The notes: generated from the letters alone by a model not told the origin. A stretch of DNA of 64,000 nucleotides from Eledone cirrhosa (GCA_964016885.1 OZ024741.1:310001-374000); one strand, 5' to 3'; shown: positions 1 to 14,472, numbered from the stretch's first letter. Program-made: numbers and translations.

Positions 1-592
1 TATATATATATATATATATATATATATGCATGTGTATATGTGTGTGAATGTGTAGGTGTGCACACACACACACACATATGTATATATGTATGTATATATA
101 TATAAGTATATATGTATGTGTGTGTGTAAGTGTTTTTGTATGTGGTTGTGAGTATGTAAATATATTTTATTCTTTCCATCCTACTAAAACACTCTGGCCA
201 CCTGTGGCTTGTATGTTAACTTGACCACTCACCCCAGTCTGTGCCATGATTCGGTCTTGTTAAATGCTTAATTTCTATTACAAACCCACCTAAAAAATTT
301 CCCTACTATATATCTGTTGAATTACTATTCTTGGGGTTTTTATTTATTTATTTTTTATTTATTTCTTTATTTATTTTCTTTATTTATTCATTTATCTATT
401 TATTTATTCATTTATTTATTTACTTATTTATTTATTTCAAAAAAGCACTCTGGCTAATTGACCACTCCCCATAGAAAAAACGGCCTGTGCCATGAAGTGG
501 TCCTGTGTATCTAAATACCCCCCCCCCCCCATCCACCAACCCTCCCTTGCCACTACCTAAATGTATAAATACCAGAACTTAATATGACACCC

Positions 593-643
593 AGCTTCCT
601 GAAGATTTCATCTGAATGAAACAGTACTAGTCCTGTAGAAGCT
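593..643 (+). ncRNA. Type I hammerhead ribozyme motif (intact core)
   Basis: agcttc-CTGAAGA-tttc atct gaat-GAAAC-agtactagtcct-GTA-gaagct. Stem I is a perfect 6 bp (agcttc/gaagct). Same family as 55412-55460, with a compensatory stem I change. Confidence 0.85.
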
Positions 644-657
644 ACTTCTATAAAATA

Positions 658-743
<86 letters not shown>

Positions 744-805
744 ATAAAATATAGAGAAAAATACTGATATATATATATATTTATATATATATATGTATAT
801 ATATA

Positions 806-996
806 ACGAAGGAAGTGTGGTAAGGAACCAGGTGGACCATAACGCACCAGAGTACTCGATACTTTGAGTAGTAGAGTGGGTAATAGGAAAAGAGTCAGGA
901 CCCTGACGGCAGAGCTCAAGCCGTTTCGACGGCTATTTCTGGACTGATTTAGCCGTCGAAACGTCTTCAGCTCAGCCGTCGGGTTCTGACTCTTTT

Positions 997-1000
<4 letters not shown>
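806..1000. mobile_element. Short fold-back repeat ('family A', PLE-derived) with 3' half of an HHR
   Basis: Inverted arms of about 55 bp (…gagctcaagccgtttcgacggcta / tagccgtcgaaacgtcttcagctc…), flanked by (TA)n. Homologous to 4318-4548, 10268-10461, 12770-12818 and 33385-33500. Confidence 0.7.
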
Positions 1001-1067
<67 letters not shown>

Positions 1068-1069
1068 TT

Positions 1070-1260
1070 AAAGGTTTTAAATGTAGTGCCACTCTAAATT
1101 CTGTAATGAATGTTGACCCACAATATTTGCATATGTATCGGTATGTCTCTTGGCTGAAAAGGAGGTCATATAACTGTCCATTCATTAATAAATTGCTCCG
1201 AAGAATCCAAACCTCGGTTTGGAGGAAACAGCTGTAAGCACAATAATGTTTTGAACAGTT
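1070..1260 (-). pseudogene. Possible degenerate GIY-YIG (Penelope-like) fragment
   Basis: Translation TYRYICKYCGSTFI resembles the VYxxxCxxCxxxYIG motif, but it is short and eroded. Confidence 0.3.
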
Positions 1261-1280
1261 CTTTGATTCTTATATTTCAT

Positions 1281-2532
<1,252 letters not shown>

Positions 2533-2730
2533 AAGAATGAAGAGTAACATGGTTGGCTGTACAATAAGAGGCTTTATTTTAAGTACTGACAATTGATCAG
2601 GTGAGTCTAGAGGTCGCTAATCGCTTGAAGTTGCGTCACTCGATCTCCAATACATTATTTACCTCTGATCAACACATCAGAGTACGTAGATATAAAAATA
2701 ATTCTACAAAATAGATGCCTGGATTCGAGT

Positions 2731-3099
2731 ATGGTGTGCCTGTGTACTGTAAATTCAGGCAATTCTATTTGGCACTACATAGGTTCCACGGCTGGGGAGT
2801 TCAAGAAAACGTGGTACGTCCACAGACACTCCATGAAGAAACGTAAACTGGAGAACTCTACGACGCTCGCCAATAAAATCTGGCAGTTTAAAAACAAAAA
2901 CCAAGAGTATAAGATTTGCTGGTCAAAATTATCAGTAGCGAGGGCCTACAGCAACGGAATGTCCCACTGCGGACTTTTTAATTTAGAACTACTCCACATT
3001 TTAAGGTACGATAAGATGCTGCTTAACAGCAAAATAGTAAGATCAATTTTCTGTAGGCATAAAATAGCTACCAGATTCATAAACTTCAAACCACCATGA
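2731..3099 (+). pseudogene. Penelope-like GIY-YIG endonuclease fragment
   Basis: HYIGST…FKKTWYVHRHS…TTLANKIWQFK…CGLFNLE…LLN…CRHK, typical of the PLE endonuclease C-terminus. Confidence 0.85.
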
Positions 3100-3773
3100 T
3101 TTGAACCAACAATCCCAAAATTACAATTGAACCACCTAGATTTTAGCATATAGAATACACACCATCACACTGCTATTAGCTGTCAAACGACCAACTGGTC
3201 ACTGGATCATAAATCTCTGAACATCTCTTTCACCCTCTTTCCCTGAAACAGCATCAACCCCATTAAGATAGAGAACAATCAGCAAAACATTTACAACGCA
3301 CGTTTGTCAAACCTCCCTTCACAATCAACCCCTAGCCCTTAAATCTCATACTTATATCCCCCAATTAATCTCTAATTTATTGCTTTTTCTTTTTTCTTTT
3401 TTCTTTTTTCTTTTTTCTTTTTTCTTTTATCTGTCACTACATCAGACCCTCTACACGTATCTATGTATATTTCGAATTTGGTTTTTCATATTAGCACTAA
3501 ACCCACCAAGGAATCCTTATAAGAACACTTACTCACCACCACCACAAACATACTCTGTACTTACATGCTCTCACTTATCCTTATTTATTTATTTATATTT
3601 TCCATTTTTTTATTTTCTTACCTTTTTAATATATACTATCTTATCTTTTACTTTTTACATCTGTAACTTCTCTACCTATTTACCATATATATTTTATTAT
3701 TGATGTTATTGTTTTGATTATTCGCTATTCTTCTATATATATCTTGCCTCGAGTGAATTATTTTTATATCTAC

Positions 3774-3882
3774 GTACTCTGATGTTGACCAGAGGTAAAT
3801 AATGTATTGGAGATCGGGTGACGCAACTTCAAGTTATTAGCAACCTCTAGACTCACCTGATCAATGAAACAATTGTCAGTAC
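3774..3882 (+). ncRNA. Degenerate HHR with long stem II insertion (pLTR)
   Basis: gtact-CTGATG-ttgaccag…ctgatcaat-GAAAC-aatt-GTC-agtac. Stem I is perfect and stem III is the palindrome ACAATTGT; A9 is missing. Confidence 0.6.
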
Positions 3883-4130
3883 TTGAAATAAAGCGCCTTA
3901 TTGTACAGCTAACCCTGTTACTCTTCATTCTTTCACTATTATTACTACAAGTATAACCTGCCTAGGAATTACCGCGAACTCGCTGCATAACTATGGAAAC
4001 ATCTTGTTGAGTCAAACAAAGCCGTACGTTAAAACTATCCACGATGTAGAGTACTCACAACTTCTAATTGGATTACCTATAACGATAACTTGTACACACA
4101 CACATATATATATATGAACTGGTCACTTTT

Positions 4131-4164
4131 AGCCTGATGAAGGGGTTATGCTCGAAACGTCGTC
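4131..4164 (+). ncRNA. Minimal HHR motif
   Basis: CTGATGA-a-ggg gttatg ctc-GAAAC-GTC with stem III palindrome ACGT; stem I is weak (2 bp). Confidence 0.6.
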
Positions 4165-4233
4165 CCCCACTTTCAAGCTAATAGTAACACTTTGTACTGC
4201 ACTCTTCGCTTTGTTTTTGTTCTCTGTTGTAAT

Positions 4234-4317
<84 letters not shown>

Positions 4318-4319
<2 letters not shown>

Positions 4320-4548
4320 CGAAGGAAGTGTGGTAAGGAACCAAGTGGACCATAACGCATCAAAGTACTCAATACTTAGGGTAGTAGAGTAGGTAATATG
4401 AAAATGTTCAAGACTCCGACGGCAGAGCTCAAGCCGTTTCGACGGCTATTTCTGGACTAAATTCTGAATTTTGAATTTTGAATTTAGTCCAGAAATAGCC
4501 GTCAAAACGGCTCGAGCTCTGCCGTCGGGGTCTTTAACATTTTCCTAT
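4318..4548. mobile_element. Family A fold-back element
   Basis: Inverted repeat centred at about 4472 (gacggctatttctggactaaattc…gaatttagtccagaaatagccgtc), in (TA)n. Confidence 0.7.
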
Positions 4549-4739
4549 ATATATAAATATATAATGAGATTAATATACCCACAGGTACTAAGTACCTACG
4601 GAAATAATAATACAATTGTTGTTCAATGGTACTAATTTGAGATACCAGAACTATAAAATTGAGATGAGTGGAACAAGCAAGCATCAAACAATCTTTTATA
4701 TAAATTAAAATACAATTTAAATAATCACCTGTTCAAAAT

Positions 4740-4818
4740 GCTGTTACCGACGGTTTCATTTCACAAAAGATTGGAAATTCAGAGAATTTCCAATGGAAAG
4801 ATCAGTTGTTCAGACAGC
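4740..4818 (-). ncRNA. Degenerate HHR motif
   Basis: Minus strand: gctgt-CTGAACA-(internal hairpin attggaaattc/gaatttccaat)-GAAAC-cgtcg-GTA-acagc. Stem I is perfect; core has G8C. Confidence 0.55.
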
Positions 4819-6084
4819 TATTTCCATTCTATAGGGCATAAAGCAGTACAGTTTGTAAATATATCGCTTACTGCCCGATGTATGAGGTCAGGCCGTTAAA
4901 GTGACCCACACATAAACAGGCCTATATATATATATAGGGGTGTGTGAACTTATTTTTAGAACATTTGTGTCGCCGAAAATTATGTGTTTCGGTTCACTTT
5001 CATCACATGACAATCAATAAGAATATATCTGTAGTTGATTAATATAGAGTCAAAACAATAGAAATATGATCCTCTTTACCTCTCGTATATTAACTGTATC
5101 TTTTTTTTTTTTTTTGATGGGTATGAAATTCACTTGATTTTATTTCGGATAATAGCAGCATGATAATTATATATAGCACAGAAATAAGAAAAGTTTAAAG
5201 TATCAGGAAGTCGGCGGAAATATTAGCAATGTATGTATAATAAATAAATATACAGAGTCATGGCCGTATTTATTTAGTCGAGAGCAGTAGATAATATCAG
5301 CAATGGAGAGACCATTGGAAACATTGTTTCCTTGGTCCGATTTAGTGAGAAACATCTCCACTCGTTAATCGAATGAGGTCTGGGATCCTTCCAATAGATC
5401 AATATATCTATCTTATATCACTCTATTTAAGTGTAAAATCGATATTTTTCGAACTGCTCTACCTTCAGAATCAAGCTTTTGTATAATTTATGTAATTAAA
5501 TATACGTGTGTGTAAATATGTGTGAAAGTTCAACAGAATCTATTGTTTGAACAGTCAATTGATTTCCCGTAATCGCTTCTATATCATAATGACTCAAACT
5601 ATTCACTAATCTTCTTACTTGCATTTTTTGAAATGTTTCCTTTAATTTGGGGTCAAAGAGGCAGATATAAATCATTTAAAAAGAATAAGTAAAGAACACA
5701 ATCACGAGGGTATGGTCCGAACGTAGAAGAGCCGAACTCCCACTGTCATCGCTTGCATCTCTCTCTCGCCATCCTCATCTCTCTGTATGGTGAGCAAATG
5801 AGGTCCCACGTGGTGGCAACCCCACAGCCCCGGCGGACAGAATAGAGAAGGCGTTTCCCCGGAGGATGGTAAGGGAGCTACCGGCTATATTGTCCATCTG
5901 GTAAAGTGTATTGTGCGCCTAGCAGCATTCCAGGTGCCAAAACACTCAATCTCAGTTGCCGCTTGACACAAGATTGTCGGTCGATTTCTTCTGCTGTGCC
6001 ACCAGTCCTCAATTCTCTCAATCTGCTGTCTGTTTCAACAGACAGGTACCTAAACAATAGCTAAGATGTCTGCTATTTAACAAC

Positions 6085-6600
6085 AGAGTTTTTAAAGTAA
6101 ACCATCTAGTCCCAGAGATGTATGCATTGCGCTGTCGCCCAACGTGTCTGCTATTTCATCCACTGGAATTGGTTTTTCGCAGCAAACTGCATCTTCGACA
6201 AAGCCGCATCATACCGTCGAATTAGGCATCGAAGTCCACCGTCTCCAGTCTTTTACTCACGGTGAACAGTTTGGAAAAACGCTGCTGGAACTCCGCCCTA
6301 TCAGCGTGAAGTCGGCTCCCGTCACCCACTGTCACCCACTGTCAGTCAGTCAAAGATCAAAGTCTGAATTGTCATGCTTCGCCTCATCTGCGCGGACCCA
6401 TCGAATAGCTTCTGCAACTTCATATTTCAGAGCACATACCCTAGCATTGTCAACACATCTTTTCGGCTTCTTCTCAATGATGTAGTCAAGGGTTATTCGC
6501 ACCATAAGTACGTCGTAAATAATATTGTTTTTCTGTTCACCTCTTCTAATCAATACGCTAACTACTCTTCTTCACTTTATTTTTTCGCTTAGCCGCCCGG
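6085..6600 (-). mobile_element. Degraded non-LTR retrotransposon ORF2 linker (L1/Tx1-like)
   Basis: Minus-strand translation gives …NARVCALKYE…FQQRFSKLFT…CCEKPIPVDEIADTLGDSAMHTSLGLDGL, matching the pre-RT 'SPGxDG' region; stops and frameshifts present. Confidence 0.55.
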
Positions 6601-7066
6601 TGTCACGGGGGCGCTGTTTGTGCAGCATATCTTGAGTAAACACAGCCCGGCAGATCCCATCGTTCTCAGGGCTCTCCCTTAAACGACTGTTCATTATTGC
6701 CTGAATATTTGCTGAGACTCACAAATGCTGCTGTAGTTTTCCTATCTATTGTGATAGGTCAACTGTTATTAACCCTTTCATTACCAAGTAATTGAAGCCG
6801 TCTCCTGTTTTACGATACGAAGCTGTTGTTTTGTTTTAAGGAGTTTATATTCATTTAAAATCATTTCATCATAATTTTATGTAAGAAACTTCAAGTTGTG
6901 TTCCAAATAATAAGAAAGTTTGCAATATTACTAAACCCCTCTAAATTCTTGATTATATGCAAAATTTGCAAATTAAACAAAACGCAAATGAAAGAGAAAA
7001 AAATTAAATTGTGCAAGTAAGAGAAAAGGGGGAGGGGCAGATTCTCGGGATGGACTTTCTGCTATT

Positions 7067-7320
7067 GAGGCCCTAAGATATATAAACTTTAGACCTTTCA
7101 CCTGTTGAGGTACTAACCCTAACCCTAACCCTAAGCTATATAAACTTTGGACCTTTCTCCTGTTGAGGCCCTAAGCTATATAAACTTTGGACCTTTCTCC
7201 TGTTGAGGTCCTAAGATATATAAATTTTGGACCTTTCTCCTGTTGAGGCCCTAAGATATATACACTTTGGACCTTTCACCTGTTGAGGCCCTAAGCTATA
7301 TAAACTTTGGGCCTTTCTCT
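7067..7320 (+). repeat. 40-bp minisatellite, about 6 copies
   Basis: Unit gaggccctaagctatataaactttggacctttctcctgtt; one unit carries (ctaacc)3. Confidence 0.9.
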
Positions 7321-7419
7321 AAAAAAATTCGGATAAATAAATAAATATTATTATACTAATATTAATGATAAAGAATGAATTATATTTCTGTTTCCCTTTT
7401 GCACCCACACCCTCACACC

Positions 7420-7593
<174 letters not shown>

Positions 7594-7599
7594 AATGGT

Positions 7600-8920
7600 A
7601 GTTTACTTGAAGTATTGCGTAGTGAGGTATACACGTTTGAAGTTAGAAGGCCACAACAATGGATATAGAATATAAATATAAATGCAAAAGATAGTGCTGA
7701 CAATTAGTCAAAGAGTGAAGGTTAGATGGATAAAGAGTTGTCTCCCTTTAAAAGGGTTTGGACATGTATGTCTAAGTGTGTGTATGTTTGTGTGAGAGAA
7801 TACGTGAAGGTGTAAGCATGTGTGTGTGTGTGTGTGTGAGTGTGAGAGGATATGTTTATATGTAAATGTGGGCGCTAGAAGCTCTATCATGTTAAAACTG
7901 GTCTAAGTGTGTGTATGTGTGTGTGAGAGAATAAGTAAAGGTGTAAGCGTGTGTGTGTGTGTGTGTGGTATGCGTGTGTTTGTGTGTGAGAGTGTGAGAG
8001 GATACGTGGAGGTGTAAGTGTGGGGTTAGGTGCTCTATCATGTTAAAAATTGGGTGTTGAGTTCTAGTCTGTTAGTGATTGGTGGTTGTGTTTTGTCTAT
8101 AATTAGTGCTTCTTTAATTCTAAGATTGCCGAGATTTCTTTCCTTAGCTTCTATCCTAACTATTATGTTTTTGTCGGTGTTTTTGCATTTAACTAGGTGT
8201 TTCTTAAATGAGGAAGCATTAGTATTGAGGTGTTTTTTTAATTCTAATGTGAAGTGGTCTGGTGGTGCTACCTATGTAGAAATTGCTGCATTTGTCACAC
8301 TCTAATCTGTATACGACGTATACCTGGTGGCATAGGTCTGTGTCATCGATGGAGCAGTTGGCCAGCGTGCAGCGGCTGTCTTGTCTGGTGGAGTGTCACT
8401 TGGTTAGCTGTCCGCGTAGGGATGGCCCTGAGTGTGCTAGCTGGATATCTAGTCCCTCTCGTCTGATAGCTCTGCAGATGGCAGTTGTTGTTTCGTCACT
8501 GAAGTGTGGGAGCTTCAGGAAGCAGGTGTTAGCCCCCACATTTACATATAAACATATCATCTCTCTCTCACACACACACGCATGCTTACACCTTCACGTA
8601 TTCTCTCACACACACATACACACACTTAGACATGCATGTCCAAACCCTTTTAAAGGGAGATAATTCTTTATCCACCTAACCTTCACTATTTGACATTAGA
8701 AATAGAATGGAATTTCTATACTATTTCCTGTCAGCATGACTTGGCAAGCTAATTAGAACACTGGATTAACCCCTTTACTTTCCTCAGACGAAGAGATATT
8801 ATCTCGAAATATCAGGATATACAAATAAATTTAAGGTAAAAGACTAATTGTCAGCGCTGTCTTTTGCATTTATATTTATATTCTATATCCATTGTTCTGG
8901 CCTTCTAGCTTCAAACGTTT
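7600..8920 (-). mobile_element. Penelope-like element fragment (Cys-rich linker plus GIY-YIG) with inverted pLTR
   Basis: Minus 8060-8380 reads CTLANCSIDDTDLCHQVYVVYRLECDKCSNFYIGSTTRPLHIRI…RIKEALII…TN (one frameshift). 8530-8920 is an inverted copy of 7632-7875. Confidence 0.85.
8781..8817 (+). ncRNA. Minimal HHR motif, U4A variant
   Basis: tcct-CAGACGA-a-gagat att atctc-GAAA-ta-TC-agga. Stems I and II are perfect; stem III palindrome ATAT. Confidence 0.6.
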
Positions 8921-8940
8921 ATATATCATATACGTGGGGC

Positions 8941-9726
8941 TCTGAAATAGCGATATATATATATGAGCGTATATATAGTGTATTTTGCAATACACTGTAT
9001 GCTTAATTAAAAGCATTTTGAAGACCTTAAGCTATTGTTTTAAAGTAGTGACAATGTCACTTACTTCTATTTTCAACAAACAAGGGGAGATAAGCAGAGA
9101 TCTGTTTCGTACTTGTTGGTACTTATCAAAGCTCGGCATTCCTCCTGTTTGCTGAAAATCATGAATGTTGGATTCTTATAGAATTCCAGTAATAATCAGG
9201 AACTGATTATACAGAGCGGTCGCCAGTCCAGCACAAATTGAAAATTAGAAATGGTGCTCTGAAATAGAGATATATATATGAATGTATATATAGTGTATTT
9301 TGCAATTAATTAAAAGCATTTTGAAGACCTTGCGCTATTGTTTTAAAGTAGTGACTATGTGACTTACTTCTATTTTCAGCAAACAAGCAAAATACACTAT
9401 ATATACATTCATATATATATCGCTATTTCAGAGCACCAATTCTAATTTTCAGTTTCTGCTGGACCGGCAACCGCTCTGTATAATCAGTTCCTGATTATTA
9501 CTAGAATTCTATAAGAATCCAAAATTCATAATTTTCAGCAAACAGGAGGAGTGCTGAGCTTTGATAAGTAGCAACAAGTACGAAACAGAGCTCTGTCAGC
9601 TTATCTCCCCTTGTTTGCTGAAAATAGAAGTAAGTGACATTGTCACTACTTTAAAACAATAGCGTAAGGTCTTCAAAATGCTTTTAATTAAGCATACAGT
9701 GTATTGCAAAATACACTATATATACA

Positions 9727-9730
<4 letters not shown>
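8941..9730. mobile_element. Retrozyme-like ~317-bp head-to-tail HHR repeat in inverted arrangement
   Basis: Minus-oriented 1.4 units (period 317: 8941 vs 9258) followed by a plus-oriented 1.07 units (9390 vs 9708). No ORF. HHR at 9556-9602 and a damaged one at about 9090-9133 (-). Confidence 0.75.
9556..9602 (+). ncRNA. Decayed HHR
   Basis: gagct-TTGATAA-gtag caacaa gtac-GAAAC-agagctct-GTC-agctt. Stem III is the perfect palindrome ACAGAGCTCTGT; core mutated. Confidence 0.65.
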
Positions 9731-9777
<47 letters not shown>

Positions 9778-10159
9778 TCATATATATATATATATTCAAA
9801 ACAACAAACAGCGAAAGACGCGTTCCGGACTTGTCCGACAGACAACCTTTTCCCCCACCCCGGAAAAAAACCCCAGTTGGTGGATGTGAATCGGAAATAT
9901 ATAGGGACTATTAAATCTCTCCCAAGGTAACTCTCTCTTGTGTTGTTATTTTTATTTTTATCCTTTATACTCTTCCCTTCATTCTACACATCTCACACAT
10001 CTTATACACACCACGCATCTCAACGTACACCCACTTACATCTCTCTCTCCACCACCGGACCTTGTTACCCGGAGATTTACCCATTTGCATTGTCGACGCT
10101 TCCAAACGACTTAAAGATATTTACTTATTGTTCCACAATGCTTCAAGCAAACTTCAATA

Positions 10160-10231
<72 letters not shown>

Positions 10232-10267
10232 AATGACAATATATATATATACAAATGATATATATAT

Positions 10268-10459
10268 ATAGGAACCAGTAAGACCCCGACAGCTGAGCTC
10301 AAGCCGTTTCGACGGCTAATTCAGTCCAGAATTAGCCGTCGAAACGGCTTGAGCTCAGCTGTCGGGGTCTTACTGGTTCCTATTACCCACTCTACTACCT
10401 CAAGTATTGAGTACTTTGGTGCGTTATGGTCCACCTGGTTCCTTACCACATTTCCTTCG

Positions 10460-10461
<2 letters not shown>
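10268..10461. mobile_element. Family A fold-back element (perfect arms)
   Basis: Perfect inverted arms of about 55 bp around cagtcca at about 10325, in (TA)n. Confidence 0.75.
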
Positions 10462-10556
<95 letters not shown>

Positions 10557-10637
10557 CATATATATATATATATATACAAATGACAAACAGAAATAACAAA
10601 GGAAACGACACAGTTCAATGAAGAAATATATATTTAG

Positions 10638-10684
<47 letters not shown>

Positions 10685-10773
10685 TATATATATTTATTAG
10701 GTTCTTACATATTTGATATATTTTTATCCTTATCGAGCCCTCTTTGGATTTTAGTCTTCAAATTTATTATTAT

Positions 10774-10819
<46 letters not shown>

Positions 10820-11287
10820 ATGATTTAGTGTTAAAGGATAACAAGTTAATGATAAAATAAAAAAATATTTTTAAAACTGAGACTCCGGAGAGTGTGTGGC
10901 CCTAAACTATAGCTTATTTAGCTTTTAGGTAAACTGAGCTCTGCATATTCTACACCCCAGTCCCGGCAGTATATCTCAGCTTTTCTGCAGAAAATAGTCA
11001 GTGACACTTGCTACATCAACCAGTCTATCTCATAGGGATCCTTCCTTGAAAGGGATATACTCCAGATTTGGCAGAAGAAAACTGCACAAAAGCAAATCGG
11101 TAGGTCAAGATTGCAAAAATTATTTGAAAATCGTTGGCAGCGTCTTTCTTGGGAAATATGGCAACGAAAGGTTTAATAATTTCATTCATCAAATCTTGCT
11201 TAACTAATTATGATAGTATGTATATGAATCTCGTGTGGAGTCGTAGACAGGACACCGTTGCGACATACAACGTCTCCTTTCACCTGA

Positions 11288-11680
11288 ACAGAGAGAGAGG
11301 GTGGAGATAGAGAAAGGAGGAAGATAGAGAGGAGGGGAGATAGAGAGAGGGGGGGATAGGGAAAGGAGGAAAATAGATAGAGAGGGGGGAGATAGTGTGA
11401 TGGGGAGATAGAGAAAGGAGAAAGATAGATAGAGAGGGAGAGATAGAGAGAGGGGGAGATAGAGAGAGGGGGTGGAGATAGAGAAAGGGAGAAGATAAAT
11501 AGAGAGATGGGGAGAGAGAGAAAGGAGGAAGATAGATAGAGAGATGGGGGAGAGAGAGAAAGGAGGAAGATAGATAGAGAGAGGGGGAGACAGAGAAAGG
11601 AGGAAGATAGATAGAGAGAGGGGGAGATAGAGAGATGGGGGATAGAGAAAGGAGGAAGATAGATAGAGAAAGAGAGGAAA
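11288..11680 (+). repeat. Polypurine (GA-rich) minisatellite
   Basis: Repeated gatagagagagggggagatagagaaaggaggaagata-like units of about 40 bp. Confidence 0.85.
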
Positions 11681-11684
11681 GAAT

Positions 11685-11815
11685 CGATTTATGTACTGGA
11701 CTAGTACATTTTTTATCGATCTGGAAAGGGTGGCAGGGAACGTTGACCACGGCTGAACTCAGTGGACCGGAACAATTACAGCAAAGCAGTCTACCCAACG
11801 TTCCAACTCATCACC
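11685..11815 (-). mobile_element. Old SINE-like repeat fragment
   Basis: Diverged homology to 16615-16745 and to the reverse complement of 17945-18050 (…ttttatcgaccccg…gatgaaaggcaaag…cctcggc…). Confidence 0.45.
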
Positions 11816-12265
11816 TATAACAACATTAAAAACAATAAAAGAAACAAAAATGAACCTCGTCAAACAATTATTTTCCATTATTCAGTCCAGCAGAATACTT
11901 CTGGATGTAATCAATATTATTATTTATTGATGACCTGACAACTTCTGATTCTAATCTAACATAATATTTGTCCTTTACTACATACTCGCCGTCAAACATG
12001 TGCAGAATGTGAGTGTGTATGTGTTAAAGTACCATGTGTGTAGGTTTGTGTCTCTGTGTGTATGTAGCGTTGTGTTCGTGTATAGTAGTGTGTTTGTGTG
12101 TGCAAGGCCAGATTTAATGGGGCGCAAAGGGGGAAGTTTCCCTGGATCCCCTGCAGTCGGGGGCCCCACGAGCAACGGCCGTTGCAATTTATTTGTGCAC
12201 TCAGCTGGGCTTTTTAGTTAATACCTGTATGTATAACTTTTCAATTCCAATTACTTGCGCCAAGG

Positions 12266-12350
<85 letters not shown>

Positions 12351-12353
<3 letters not shown>

Positions 12354-12738
12354 TAGAAGTTGTATTTAATTTGTTGGAAGTCCGACAAACATAAATGTTT
12401 ATAACTGATTTAGAGCACTCAACAAGTTACTGGAGTAAATATTCAATGATATTAAATAAATGGAAACTACATTTATAAAACCATATTTATTTTATTATAT
12501 ATATTTCAAGGCCAACCAAGACAACGCTTTCATCAGATAAAATACAAAGTTTGTTTTGACTACCCAGTGAATTTCCAAACGATAAGGTATGATTTTCATG
12601 GGTACGTCTTTATTTATAAAACAAAATTTGTATTTTATCTGATGAAAGCGTACCAATGATGTCTTGGTTGCCTTTGAAATATATATAATAAAATAAATAT
12701 AGTTTTATAAATAAACTTTCCATTTATTTAATATCATT
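12351..12738. mobile_element. Fold-back HHR-bearing non-coding element
   Basis: Arms at about 12445-12556 and 12619-12738 are inverted. Same family as 61258-61721. Confidence 0.75.
12631..12695 (+). ncRNA. Type I HHR motif (intact core)
   Basis: tattttat-CTGATGA-aag…ttt-GAAA-tatata-TA-ataaaata. Stem I is a perfect 8 bp; stem III palindrome (AT)4. Antisense copy at about 12488-12545. Confidence 0.75.
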
Positions 12739-12815
12739 GTATATATACATATATATATATATAATATATCTGTCGAAACGGCCGGAGCTTAGCTGTCGGG
12801 GTCCTGGCTCTTTTC

Positions 12816-12870
<55 letters not shown>

Positions 12871-13039
12871 CAGTTCAAGAGTAACCAATCTTAAAGAGAG
12901 AGATGGAGATAGGAGAGAAGAGAGATTGGTGAATTAGTTAGAAGCCAAAGCGTAAAGGCATGTGCTCAATGTGCAATATGACGTGGAAGGCAGCTAGGTG
13001 GCTGGGTTCATGCAGAGGTTAGGTGCACAGAGCTGGAAA

Positions 13040-13682
13040 TATTCATTAGTTAAGCAAAACAAGACCACAAATTTCACAAGGAAGACATTATTAAAAGATT
13101 GTCAACATAGTTTTAGTTTAACGTAAGGAATGTAGAGAATAATAATAATAATTCTCAATTACATTGTCTCTCAATTAAAAAAATTAGCACTTTTTAACTA
13201 TAAACTACCCACAATTTCTAATTTCTCGAAACCACCCTCTAATTAGTAAGGTAAATATTTCCATTGGCGGCCATCTTGTTACCCATAGGCAGATCTCACA
13301 CAATGCAGCCTCGACAGAAGAATATTGCTCGACTATGGCAGATAATAGATATACCCAGGACACCATAGTGAAATACCAATATATGGAACATTACATTCAT
13401 GTAACATTCTTTCTTTATTTCAATTTATATTCCTTTTGAAGTTCCGATGAGCTGCTCTAATTTTACCTAAGTTAATTATCTTCAACTGAACCAGATCAAT
13501 AATGATCTATAATCATTTGATCCAGAAACATTATATGGAGTAGCGAAACAATTGTAAACGGACATTATTAATATTATTATTATTATTATTCTCTACATTC
13601 CTTACATTAAACTAAAACTATGCTGACAATCTTTTAATAATGTCTTCCTTGTGAAATTTGTGGTCTTGTTTTACTTAACTAA

Positions 13683-13688
<6 letters not shown>
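13040..13688 (+). mobile_element. ORF-less PLE-derived element with ~115-bp terminal inverted copies
   Basis: 13040-13151 is the reverse complement of 13576-13688; HHR inside. Confidence 0.7.
13441..13559 (+). ncRNA. HHR motif, U4C variant, ~80-nt stem II loop
   Basis: gtt-CCGATGA-gctgctc…gagtagc-GAAAC-aatt-GTA-aac. Confidence 0.65.
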
Positions 13689-13756
<68 letters not shown>

Positions 13757-13814
13757 TTGTAAAAAAAATGAAAACGAAATTTCATTTCTCACTCTTAGTA
13801 CAGCACTTACTTAA

Positions 13815-13871
13815 ATGTAAGTATGTATGTATACGTACATACATATATGTATACAGACGTACAGTAGCATG

Positions 13872-13963
<92 letters not shown>

Positions 13964-14324
13964 TACATACAGGTACACATACATATATGTACGCATCAGT
14001 TTAGCGGACGCTTATTATAGCGCCCGCTTTGTTCGTTTGTAAATAAATTGAACAGCCTGAATTTATGCCGCACGGTGTTAAGGCAACCACGTCACCTTTT
14101 TGTTCAATACTGGCACAGGAACGATGTACTAGTTTCAAGCTTGTTAGCTATCATCAGCACCGTATACCCATCTGCCAGATAGTTGAACAAAAAGGTGACG
14201 TGGTTGCCTTAACACCGTGCGGCATAAATTCAGGCTGTTCAGTTTATTTACAAACGAACAAAGCGGGCGCTATAATAAGCGTCCGCTAAACTGATGCGTA
14301 CATATATGTATGTGTACCTGTATG

Positions 14325-14420
<96 letters not shown>

Positions 14421-14472
14421 CATGTTACTGTACGTCTGTATACATATATGTATGTACGTATACATACATACT

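Noticed and set aside
6144-6592. Plus-strand ORFs of 113 and 72 aa
   Set aside because: Opposite strand of a decayed LINE relic; no domain or splice support.
7113-7134. Telomeric (CCCTAA)n seed
   Set aside because: Only about 3 units, explainable by slippage of the ccctaa already in the 40-bp unit.
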